Below are positions 15,401-26,223 of a stretch of 64,000 nt of DNA, piece by piece (position 1 is the first letter of the stretch; every line of letters starts with the position of its first letter). Position numbers and translations under genes: made by a program. The DNA is from Octopus sinensis (Eukaryota), in contig NC_042998.1 in the NCBI RefSeq assembly GCF_006345805.1, forward strand, positions 134,230,001-134,294,000, written 5' to 3'. The notes under the pieces are model-generated. The model saw only the letters and a program-made list of their open reading frames with translations, was not told the origin of the DNA and ran no database searches.

Positions 15401-18400
15401 CAAATTCTTGAGTTATAATCCAATTGTTACAGTCAATATGTTCCTTCTATGTATGGCATGTTAGTATACTAATTTCATTGCTAGAAGTTGTTGTGGTTGA
15501 GAGGATAATGAATCATGGTCTTGCAGATTATTTGAAGTATTCTTATGGAAAGAAGCGTTAGAAACCATTGCAATGCTGAATGTAGAGATAAATTATTATT
15601 CAGTATTTTAGCTTTGTTAAGCTCACATCATGAAAAGGAAAAACAAGAACAAAAAAAAAAGATTAAAAGTAAAAGGAATTAATTTTCATATTAAAGCTTT
15701 TATTTCACAAATTTTAATTCCTTAGTCAGAGGATAAAGGGCAGTGCTTATAACCATTAACCAAGCCTCCAAGTCTGGTAAGAGAAGGGGAGGAGAAACCA
15801 TGGCTTGAGTTGCTGCAGAATGAAGTGACACATGTAGATATCACATTACCTATTGTCAGACTTCTCATAATAGACTTCTCAAACCACACTACATAAGAAC
15901 CAGATAGTAGCCTCAAATACTTATAACCAAATGAACTCTACTAAAGACATGTGAAGACCTGGTAGCAGTTGGCATATTAAGTTTTCCTGCTTTTCTGAAA
16001 ACAAAAAAACAAAAAATACACATAATCTGATGAACTTCAACATAGTTTCTGTCTAACCAGTTTTATTCAATTGAAGTCACCATATACCCATAGTGAATTC
16101 AAATGTGGAACCATGTGATTGTGAGGCAGACTTCTTGAGGTCAATTCAGCGTTGTAATAGCTTTCATCACTCTATCTCTCATTTATTTGAATACACTTTT
16201 TATCTGGTTACTAGGGTTACTTTGTATCATAAATTCGATTGATCATTATTTATTTTATCTACCTGTCAATGGGAGCAGATGTAAAAACAGCTAGAAAACC
16301 TGCAACCATACTAGAAATGATAAATAATTGTTTTTATATCATTATTGCTACTAAAATTTTCTGTTTTGAAATGAAGCATACTGTTGCTTCCTCAGCAAAG
16401 AATATAGTCTTGAAGTGATTGGTTCACAACAAAAAATGATGAGCCAATAGATCAACCCAGTGGTCTTTATTCTTTTGTTGTCATTTATCTAAGGAAATGC
16501 ATTGTTTGTGTATTTCAATTAATTTTGAAATTAATTAAGAATTTGGATGGATCTCATAAAATAACTAAGCTTTTCATTATTATGCTGATGTTTGAAACAT
16601 AGCTAAAGGTTCATACATAAACTTATGGAAGGTTTTAGAGGCTATCTTAGGCAAATTAATATCAAAAGGATTAATGAGAATGAGAAAAACAAAGCTTGAG
16701 TACCTGAAAACAGGACTCGTACACTTTTTACAGCCTGACTGTTTATTGAGTAGGAAAGAATATATTCAGCTCTTAAAAAAAATTGTCTTCACACTCGTTC
16801 TAATCAGCCTAATTATTTGAGGTGATATTGTAATGGTTAGCTTTTCTTTTTAAATCTAGCTGTTATAACAAGTAATCTACTGAAAATTAGTAGTATTTAA
16901 CCCTAAATACTACTAAAATTATTTCCAACTTCCTCACTGTTGTTGCTATTGTTATAGTTGAGTAACTCTGATCTGCTGGAGCAAGCCTACAATTTTGAGG
17001 AAGCAAATGAAATGTTTGGAAGTTGACTCACTGAGTTAATTCTTCAGTGTATTGTCCCAGTCACTCTCCATGGAAGTTTTAGTGAATACTATAGTAAAAG
17101 TAAGCAAATAAATAAATAAATAAAATATAATAAAAGATGAATAAATAAGTAAAATACAATAAACGATAAATAAAATTAACAAAAATAGGGGAATGTAAAT
17201 CTGAATAAGTAAATAACATAGAAATGGAACAAACAGCTTCATTACTTTGTTTCATAATAGATGTTGCTGCTATTTTGATTTTTTATTTCTACTTTAAATT
17301 TTACTGTTTTATTTTTTTTAACTGGAGGTAAGGGTTTTGTGTATAGTGAGATTGACAGGATTACTGTTGCTCTCATAGGAAGTGGGGGGAGAAGTGCAAG
17401 GAGAGATGTTCTGGAGAGGAAAGACTGGACACAGTAGTTAATGTGAGGTATTGGTGGTGGGGGACATAATATAAGTCATGAGAAGAGGAAAGGGTCAGAA
17501 GTGCCTGTTTGTGGTATGAGACTAACTAGTTCTGAGGAACAGAAGCCATTGTTGTATGGAACAGAGAGTAAACATCACATCTGTGGGGCAGATATTGAAA
17601 TATGTTGGCAATTTCATGCCAATCTTTTGGCTGTAGAAGTGAGATGGCTGAATGTATAAGCTTTTGGGGCTACCTACCCATAAATAGTGAGTTCAAATCA
17701 GTTCAAGAATTTTCTTTTTGATGCTGGCCAGGAAAACAAAATGCTGTATTTTCTCACATACAAGTCAAACTTTTCAGATAAAGATTTACAGCAAAAAAAA
17801 AAAGAAGAGGTAGGTCGACTTATACAACAATATGACTTTGGAGGACCAAAAATTCCAAGTGAAATGCAGTAGTATTTATAAAGATAGGGAAGATGTTCGT
17901 ACTACATTAACTTGTATGCCAGGAAATATGCTACTTCAGTTCATATAGCTGTTGGAATATTGTCATCTGCTTCCAATTATGAAACTAGAGTTAGGATTTT
18001 AAATTTTACATAAAATATTTTGGATATAGAAACATGTTTTGTCCCTGTCCTATCTAGCTTGATGGTATCATAAAGAACAAAGGTATTTAAATTACTAGTC
18101 TAGAGCCAGCTACCTTATTTTTTTAATGATATCTTGTGATGGTAAACAGTTCAGTTATAACCAACTGGTGTGAGGTAATTTAATTAGTGAATTTCTTTGC
18201 ACAAAAACAATTTTAAAAATCTAGTATTTCAAACTTTTCAAACTGGGTTTGAATTCATTTGTTTTTTTCTTTTTTGTTTCAAACAAAATAATTTTACAAG
18301 TGAACATTTGCATCTAAAAATAATGTATCAGACAGTCCTAAGGGATTAGAACTTTTGTCTGATTACAGCTGAGGTCAGGTGTTTTTGTCTTGGCTCTCAG

Positions 18401-19906
18401 CCACAAAAATCATCAAACTACTAATTTTAAACAAACTTTCACAGATAAGTGACATTCTCTCAGTAGAATACAACAGTATTAAAGTTATGTAGCATGACAA
18501 CATAGGATATCTTATTTATTTATTTTTAAATGCAACATCTAAATTAAAAGGTCTCAAAGGGCTGAGAAAATATGTGAGGAAGGGAGAGAGATCTGAAAAG
18601 AGAATGAAAAGATATTAACTGCTTAGAAATATTTCACAAGAAATTTAAAATCAGGACAAATGGAAATAAATATTAATTTGACTTTGCATATTTAAGAAAA
18701 GGGTAATTGCATTTACTAGTGTAAAATTGTAAAAAGTATTAACGACTACTAATCCTAGGCATTTAAGGGCCAATGCTTAACTCCTGTTTCATGATATTTC
18801 AAGTTGATGAGAGATAAATCTCTCCTTGGATAGGATGTTACTCTACTGCATATTTGTCATCCATTTCTGACAGTTAGAAGAACTGAGACAAGAAAAATAA
18901 AGTATTCTTTAAGCAAACTTAATGAAACACATCCATATATATGTTTGTTCCATTTTAAAGAGATACAGAAAATGTCATTTGTAATCTTGAATAATCTATT
19001 TTCTATTTTCTGAACCTGTTGACTATATATGGAATCCTCTCGTATACAACATTGCCAAAACTACATACAAAAGTCTAAGCTTCTTCTTTAGTCTTGTTTA
19101 ACTGCTAACTTTCTACAAACCTGGAGTTTTAAACACATATGGGTATAAGTATGATCATGTGGTTTAGTGGCTCACTTCATGACTGAATGCTTCCAGGTTA
19201 GATCCCATTGCATAGCAAATTGGACATGTATCTTCTGCTATAACCATGAGCTGATCAGTAACTTGTGAGTAGAATTTGGTTGATGGAAACTGTGCAGAAG
19301 CATGCCATGTATATGCAATATATGTATATATACTTTGTCAATAGATATCAGTAAAAAATGTAAACATTGACAAATCAGTACTGAGTTACAGATGCCCCCC
19401 TTGTTGCTTTCACTGTAAGATATGCTGAGAACCAGCCATTGGCTCATTGGAATCAGGGATTAGTACCTTTGTAACCAATAATACTATTATCCATAAATTG
19501 TGTAATAAAAAAACTATATCCTGGAGTCTATTGCTGTTACATATACAAACATCCTGGACTGCATCCGCCAGAAGGCTATCCGATTCATTGGCAAAGATTC
19601 ACATACTAATATACTGCAATCAATAGCTCACTTACACACAATTTCTTCCTTGTGTTACTTCTATCACTCCTGCAACTGTGTCTATTTCTATCAGCTAGTT
19701 ATCTCTACTTAGATCACTTGACAAAAGTCTATCTTCCTACTGTGATCTACCCACCAGATGCCTTTCTAAACACTTTGCTCAATCATTCCTCTTTAGAAAT
19801 GAAACCTATAAATATTCATAAAGGAACATGAAATACATTGATTTCATCAGCCTGGGAGTCCTTGCAAAAGTAATAGCATTGCTCCTTTTGGTGTGAGTAG
19901 TGGTCA

Positions 19907-20325
19907 GGTGCAAGCATGGTTGTGTGGTTAAGAAACTTACTTCTCAACCATTTGGTCATGAGTTCAGTCCCAATGCACAGTACCTTGGGCAAGTATCTTT
20001 TACTATTGCCATTTGGCTGACCAAAGCCTTGTAAATGGACTTGATAGATGGAAAATGAAAGAATGTCATATGTGTGTGTGTGTGTGTTTAGTGTACTCTT
20101 CTCTACACATCATATGATGGTTATAAATGAGCATCATCATCATGGAAGCAAGGCTGTCTATTTCCCATCTTCCATGAAAAACATGTCTGGCCATGGGGAA
20201 ATATAGCCTTACTTGGAAACAGGTAAGAGTTGACAACAGGAAGGGCATCCAGCTGTAGATGTCTCAACAAATTCCGTCTGATCCATGCAAGTCTGTAAAA
20301 CTGGTTGTTAAATGATGATGATGAC
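19907..20325 (+). mobile_element. tRNA-headed SINE with CORE-like segment and (GAT)n tail; related copies near 10535-10720, 19153-19320, 34597-35120, 45975-46315
   Basis: A-box-like TGGTTGTGTGGTTAAG, B-box-like GAGTTCAGTCCC, ACCTTGGGCAAGT core, 3' AGGAAGGGCATCCAGCTGTA and ATGATGATG tail. Confidence 0.75.
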
Positions 20326-21397
20326 TGTACTGAGAGTGATAATTACTTCATTGCCCCTTAGACAGATGAAAGACAATGTTAGCATCAGTGATATTTGAAC
20401 TCAGCATGTAAAAGGATTTAATTAAATATGGTAAAGCAATTAATTTGGATATTTATTGTTTCTGCCACTTAATGTCCTTGAAACAACCAATAATAATGAG
20501 AAAAAAGAAGCAAAGAGATTTTAATTAAATTATGCTTTCTTATATGTGAAAGCTATCACATTGATGATGATGATCACATTCATCAAATGTCTAATAATAT
20601 CCACAGCAATATTTAAAGTTAAGATAATGGTGCTGAATTTACTAATGTAATACCGGTGCTGTATCACTTGTAGAAATAATGACAAGTTACAACTAAACAT
20701 GGTTTATAATATTGTTGAAACAATAGCTATTGTCTGATCCTTTATGGTTTCTCTCATTCAAAGACATAGTATTAAATAACTTTTTAATTAGTTTAGCAAG
20801 CTTTTCATTTTTCTTTTGTAATTCTATTGTTACCTCTTTCTCTCTGTTGTTTCTCTCATTCTTTCACAAATATACATGAAGTATATGTGTGCATTTCAGT
20901 GAGTATAGATGCATGTATGTGTTTGTGTGTTTCAGTGTGTAGTGTTAGAAAGATTACTGTTGTTATATAAACACAGACATACACAGCAGGCATGTTGTGG
21001 TGTAACTGGTAATACAGTCTCCCAGAATGCAATAAATACAAGGCTCAAGCACATATTCCTTTATCAAAATTTTATCTGTAAATTTATAATTATTCATATT
21101 CTTGCAGTTAGGTAATTAATTCCGGTCACAAACATTGAGCTGAATTGTGGTACTTCTGCTGTATTAGACAGGAGTAGATTACCCTGTCTTCAAGATGGGT
21201 GTGGGGAACTATAAAATATCTATAAACCAAATGGTATGTTTGATGAAGTATTAGTTACTGTCTGTAAATCAGGCAGGTGTTCTGTGGAGTAACTGAAAAT
21301 GCAGTGACCTGGAATACAGTAGTTATGCAGTTTGAATCTATTGAAAGGCCTTTTAGTGCTTAAATTGTCTTCATTATATATATATATATATATATAT

Positions 21398-21653
21398 TTA
21401 GTGTAGGAAGAAATGGAGCTGAACGAAGATTTAACAAAATTCCTTTTTATTATTTTCTACATATGTTTCAAAGGCTGCAAAGTCCCTAATTCGGATTGAA
21501 TAAGGAGTCCATTTTGCAGCCTTCTCTTCAGGAAAATCCAGGAACTTAATTCTCCAACAAAATGCACAGCAAGCTTTTCGACAAACGCTCACGAGGAGCC
21601 CATGGAATAAATCCATTGAATAATCCGTAATAAGATAATTCATTTATCTACTT

Positions 21654-21658
<5 letters not shown>
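21398..21658 (-). mobile_element. Short hammerhead-bearing element (Penelope-like pLTR or retrozyme-like fragment) inserted in (TA)n
   Basis: Bounded by (TA)n tracts at 21376-21397 and 21659-21711. Contains a hammerhead followed directly by AATAAA on the - strand. Confidence 0.65.
21452..21537 (-). ncRNA. Type I hammerhead ribozyme motif
   Basis: - strand reads AUUUUC CUGAAGA [GAAGGCUGCAAA...UUUGCAGCCUUU] GAA ACAUAUGU A GAAAAU. Full core, 6-bp stem I, 12-bp stem II, palindromic stem III, GUA cleavage triplet. Confidence 0.85.

Positions 21659-21711
<53 letters not shown>
21659..21711. repeat. (AT)n microsatellite
   Basis: Uninterrupted AT dinucleotide run. Confidence 0.95.
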
Positions 21712-21715
<4 letters not shown>

Positions 21716-21724
21716 TACATACAT

Positions 21725-21945
21725 AATCAATCCAAACAAGAACAAGCAAGAAAAAACAACAATGTGAGGACATGGAACAAGTACTGTGTTATTGGATGCT
21801 CAGAAAAGGAAAGAAAAGAAAGAGGATTTCACATTTCAAGTGGAGTTCTTCATCAGAAATATAGAGAAAGTCCAGAGAGGAGAAGACGGAGAAAGAAAAT
21901 CGCCAGCGATTCACACGCAGCAGCATGGCCGCAGCTCTGAGCTGA
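21725..21945 (-). mobile_element. Second short element carrying a decayed minimal hammerhead (21826-21860)
   Basis: - strand reads AUUU CUGAUGA AGAACUCCACUU GAAAUGU G AAAU. Lies between TA-rich tracts. Confidence 0.5.
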
Positions 21946-22295
21946 AACTAAAAAAAAAAAAAGAAATATATTATATATATATAGATATATATATATATAT
22001 TGTGTATGTGGATGCATGTATCATCAACATCGCTAAATGTCTGTTTTTCATGCTGGCATGGGCTGGATTGACGAGATTTGATGAGCTGGTTCTGGGGTGG
22101 AACACTCTGCATATCACCATTGGCAAGAGTCATTTGCTGTAGTAGTCTCAAAATGGAAACTAGAATAACCCCATTGTGTGTGTGTACGTGTGTGCTTGCA
22201 AGCATAGAGAAGTAGATTTATAATGATGGGTCTCATTATTTACAAGAAACAAATACATTCATATGTTAGTAGATCTACTTTATTATTCCTGTTTC

Positions 22296-22522
22296 TTATT
22301 TCTTCACAAGGGGCCACACACAGAGGGGACAAACAAGGATAGACAAATGGATTAAGTCAATTATATCGACCCCAGTGTGTAACTGGTACTTATTTAATCA
22401 ACCCTGAAAGGATGAAAGGCAAAGTCGACCTCGGCGGAATTTGAATTCAGAATGTAGTGGCAGACGAAATACCGCTAAGCATTTCGTCCAGTGTGCTAAC
22501 GTTTCTGCCAGCTCGCTGCCTT
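22296..22522 (-). mobile_element. tRNA-headed SINE (GAGCTGGCAGAA family); related copies at 23957-24632, 25940-26165, 46333-46510, 60727-60940
   Basis: Reverse complement reads GGCAGCGAGCTGGCAGAAACGTTAGCAC...TTCTGAATTCAAATTCCGCCGAGGTCGACTTTGCCTTTCATCCTTTC, with A/B-box-like motifs; multiple copies in the window. Confidence 0.8.
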
Positions 22523-23034
22523 AGTTATTAGTTATTCTTGTTTCTACTAAACACAGTAGGAGTGGTGTGCTTGACTCCCTCTTATTTATAGTCTGAAATC
22601 TATTCTAAGTCTTATTAAATAAAACCATCTGAGGCATTTTTATTCACGTAACAAGTATATAGGAAATACCACTTGATACATGAATTAATAAAATGTGTGC
22701 GTGTGTATTTATGTAGTTAAATTTATTTTTTAAGGAAATTCCTTGATACAAATTCAACTTAATTCAGCTTCACTGAGGTAACTTTTGCCACATTTATTGT
22801 TGATTACTTTTTTTTTTTGGCATTTATACTGTTCTCTAAGTTTCTTACCCTCTTTGCTATTTCATATAGTGCAATTGTTCATTCATTTTATGTCCATTTT
22901 CCCATGTTAAGATAGGGAAAAGGCAAATACACATTATTGAAGCATTCTTATACAACCAGATGTCCTTCGTGTTGCTAAACATCACCTGTTTTTCACATAC
23001 AGGATATATATAGATAGATAAGTAGATATAAAAA

Positions 23035-23375
23035 AGACCCCCTTTGGTCATGAATGACCATAAGATTGCACCTAGAAAGTTCTCCTCCAAGGAACAAGTC
23101 TGGGCAAGATTGTTTCATAGAAGACCAGTTGTTGCTCATGCATACAAGCCTTTCCTCTCCATGCCACCAGTGTTATCCGAGGGAAAGGCAAAGGCCGATA
23201 CAACTTGGCACCAGTGACATCCCAACTCATTTCTACTGCTGAGTGAACTGGAGCAATGTGAAATAAAGTGTCTTGCTCAAGAACGCAATACACAGCCCTG
23301 TCTGAGAATTGAATTCACTACCTCATGACTGTGAACCCAATGCTCTAACTACTGAACCATACACCTTCACACACA
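23035..23375 (-). mobile_element. tRNA-headed SINE with CORE-like central domain
   Basis: Reverse complement: TGGTTCAGTAGTTAG (A box), GAATTCAATTCTC (B-box-like), TTGAGCAAGACACTTTATTTCACATTGCTCCAGTTCACTCAGC. A related copy lies near 6445-6590. Confidence 0.7.
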
Positions 23376-23956
23376 CATGGCCCAAAACTCACAAATGGAT
23401 CTGAAATTTTAACAAATTTCTTTTAATTAATTTTTTAAAATATTTTTAAATTACAAGATGTGAATTTTCATATCTAATGTATATATATAGACTGTATATG
23501 GTGCTAAGGTATGGTAAATTTAAAACAGAATATAAATGAATTATTGATAGCTTTTGAGCCACTACACTCTCAGAGTGGTTAACATTAGAAAGGGCATCCA
23601 GCTGTAGAAATCTTGCCAAATCAGATTGGAGCCTGGTGTAGCCTCCTGGCTTGCCAGTCTTCAGTCAAACCATCCAACTCATGCCAGCATGGAAAGTGGA
23701 CATTAAACGATGATGATGTTGAGAAAATTTATTTAATATTATCTGTTGATGAGGTCAGTGTTATTTGTCTATTGATTTCTCATATTGTTATCTACCCAGA
23801 TAATGTCGAAGTAAGGTACAGAGTCAGTTTTATTGCTTCCACTCCACCAGTACAGACTGCATTGTGATAACAATCATATCAAGGTTGCCATTCTTCTCAC
23901 CATGTATGAAATCATAGTGCCAGTGTAAACTGCTTTATATTTCATTTTGTCTTAAC

Positions 23957-24632
23957 GTGGCGAGCTGGCAGAGCCTTTAGCATGCCAAGCAAAATGTTTA
24001 GTGACATTTCATCCATCTTCGTATTCATCATCATCATCGTCGTTTAACGTCCGTTCTCCATGCTAGCATGGGTTGGACGGTTCGACCGGGGATCTGGGAA
24101 GCCAGAAGGCTGCACCAGGCTCCAGTCTTATCTGGCAGTGTTTCTACAGCTGGATGCCCTTCCTAACGCCAACCACTCCGTGAGTGTAGTGGGTGCTTTT
24201 TACGTGCCACCTGCACAGGTGCCAGGCAAGGCTGGCAACGGCCACGGTCGGATTGGTGTATTTTATGTGCCACCGGCACAGAAGCCAGACGAGGCGGTGC
24301 TGGCATCGGCCACGAGTCGGATGGTGCTTTTTACGTACCACCAGACCAGGGATCCTGGCTGGTTCAATTCGATTTCGATTGCCCCAACATGTCTTCGCAA
24401 GCAAGGGGGTTGGCATGGGTGCCTGTTGTACGGTCAGATTGGTGTATTTTACGTGCCACCGGCACGAAAGCCAGCGGAGGCGGCACTGGCATCGGCCAAT
24501 TCAATGAAGGTTGATTTTGCCTTTCATCTTTGAGGCTCGATAAAATAAGTACCAGTTGAGCACTTGGGTCAATGTAATCGACTTACCCCTTCCCTCGAAA
24601 TTGCTGGCCTTGTGCCAAAATTTGAAACCAAT
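23957..24632 (+). mobile_element. SINE (GAGCTGGCAG family) split by an RTE 3'-end insertion
   Basis: 5' part 23957-24025 and 3' part 24498-24632 are collinear with the intact copy at 60727-60940. Confidence 0.75.
24026..24497 (-). mobile_element. 5'-truncated RTE 3' UTR (or RTE-tailed SINE), young, with internal ~65-nt repeats
   Basis: (CAT)n tail, then TTTAACGTCCG...CCATGCTAGCATGGGTTGGACGG and four GGTGY(T/A)TTTTAYGTRCCACC motifs. Homologous to 44871-45350; CpGs largely retained. Confidence 0.85.
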
Positions 24633-26167
24633 ATTTCATTTTGTCTATCCATGTTTAATTTCAAATTCTACCAAAGTTGAGAAACCAAGAAGTTGTCATG
24701 GAATGGAGTTTGTTCATTTAGCTATTCTCCTGTTCCATTTATTGCTTTAAAATATTTAGTTTGGCTCTATCAATCAATGTAGCTGCTGTTTTTTATTTTC
24801 AAAAATTTTTTATGGTTAACGTAACAAATTTTGGCACAAGGCTAGCAAATTTGAAGGGAAGGGGCAAGTCGACTACACTGGCTGCAGTACTTGACTGCTA
24901 CTTTATTTTATTGACTCTGAAAGCTATAGTTGACCTCAGTGAGATTTGAACTTAAAAAATAAAGAGCTAGAATGTTTGATGTACTTAGGGTTCCCCCAAC
25001 TTGTTACCTTAAACTAATAGCAATATAATGGGGTGAGGTTAATTCCATGAAATGTACCATTTCCTCAGAAACTAAACCTTGTGCCTAAATAAAAATAAAG
25101 AATCAGTATTAGGTGAAATTAAAAAGGCCTTGTGATATTTTGTTACAAATATTTACATTGTAATTTTGAATCCTGCTATGGTTAACTATACTCAAATGGA
25201 TAGGATAATAATATAAGTATTATCTATGAACTAAGAGCAATCTTAATTGATAGTACTCTCCTCAGTCCAAATTTAAGACTGTGTGTCTATGCTTGAAATC
25301 AATATTAGATTAGCTCAAGGCAGTAGACTAGCAGAATCAATTGAGAATTTAGCCAAATAGTTTTAGGGTATTGAAATTCTGATTTATATATAAAGAATGA
25401 ATATTTTAATAGAACATGTCAGATTTTACAAAATTTAATGAAGTGAATTTATTTGTTTTGAGTAAATTTATTATATATATAAATTCTTTATATATATATA
25501 TAATTCTATATATATAATTTTGTATATAGAAAGCCCAAAATCTTGTGTCAAAAAAGAAACCTCTTTACATATCACTATTGTCACCCCTATCATATCACTG
25601 CTGTACTTATATATGTACCATAGCTATTTAGAGAATTGTTTAGCTTTTCTGAGGTCACCCACAGTTTTTTTTTCACCTTTATTACGTCATGTTTCCATCT
25701 CTATTGTTTGGACTTGATGGAGTAAGTGAGAAGTTATTTGGCTGATTGGCTGGCTACCCTATCCACCACCACTAAATATAGGAGAGGGTTGTGTGTTGTT
25801 TGTGTCAATCACAACACATTCCTTAGTTGAGAATTTCTTTTTCATTTCAATTGATGTAGGTCATATAAACTTTTATCGGTTAACATAACTCTCAGCTTGT
25901 ATCATGAGCTGTAATTGAGTTCTTATTTGACATAATAACCTGAAATGCTTAGCAGTATTTGGTTTGCTGTCAAGTTTTGAGGTTGAATTCCGCCAAGGTC
26001 AACTTTTCCTTTCATCCTTTCAGGGTCGATAAAATTAACACCAGTTACGTAGCGGAGGTTGATGTAATCGACTTAATCCCTTCCCTCAAAATTTGGGGCC
26101 TTGTGCTTCCAGTAGAAAGGTTATTATTGTGCCCCCCATCCTTTGCCCTAGTGGCAAATAAAAGAAA

Positions 26168-26173
26168 TTATTA

Positions 26174-26222
<49 letters not shown>
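26168..26222. repeat. (TTA)n microsatellite at a SINE tail
   Basis: Long TTA run; another at 46517-46563. Confidence 0.95.

Positions 26223-26223
<1 letters not shown>

Noticed and set aside
24190-24497. Conserved motif separated by variable ~45-nt segments, superficially CRISPR-like (also 42042-42358)
   Set aside because: The spacers are homologous to each other, the array is part of a LINE 3' UTR, no cas genes are present and the DNA is eukaryotic.
24060-24533. 157-aa ORF, and the similar 171-aa ORF at 44830-45345
   Set aside because: Both are antisense readings of the GC-rich RTE 3' UTR repeat with no protein motifs.
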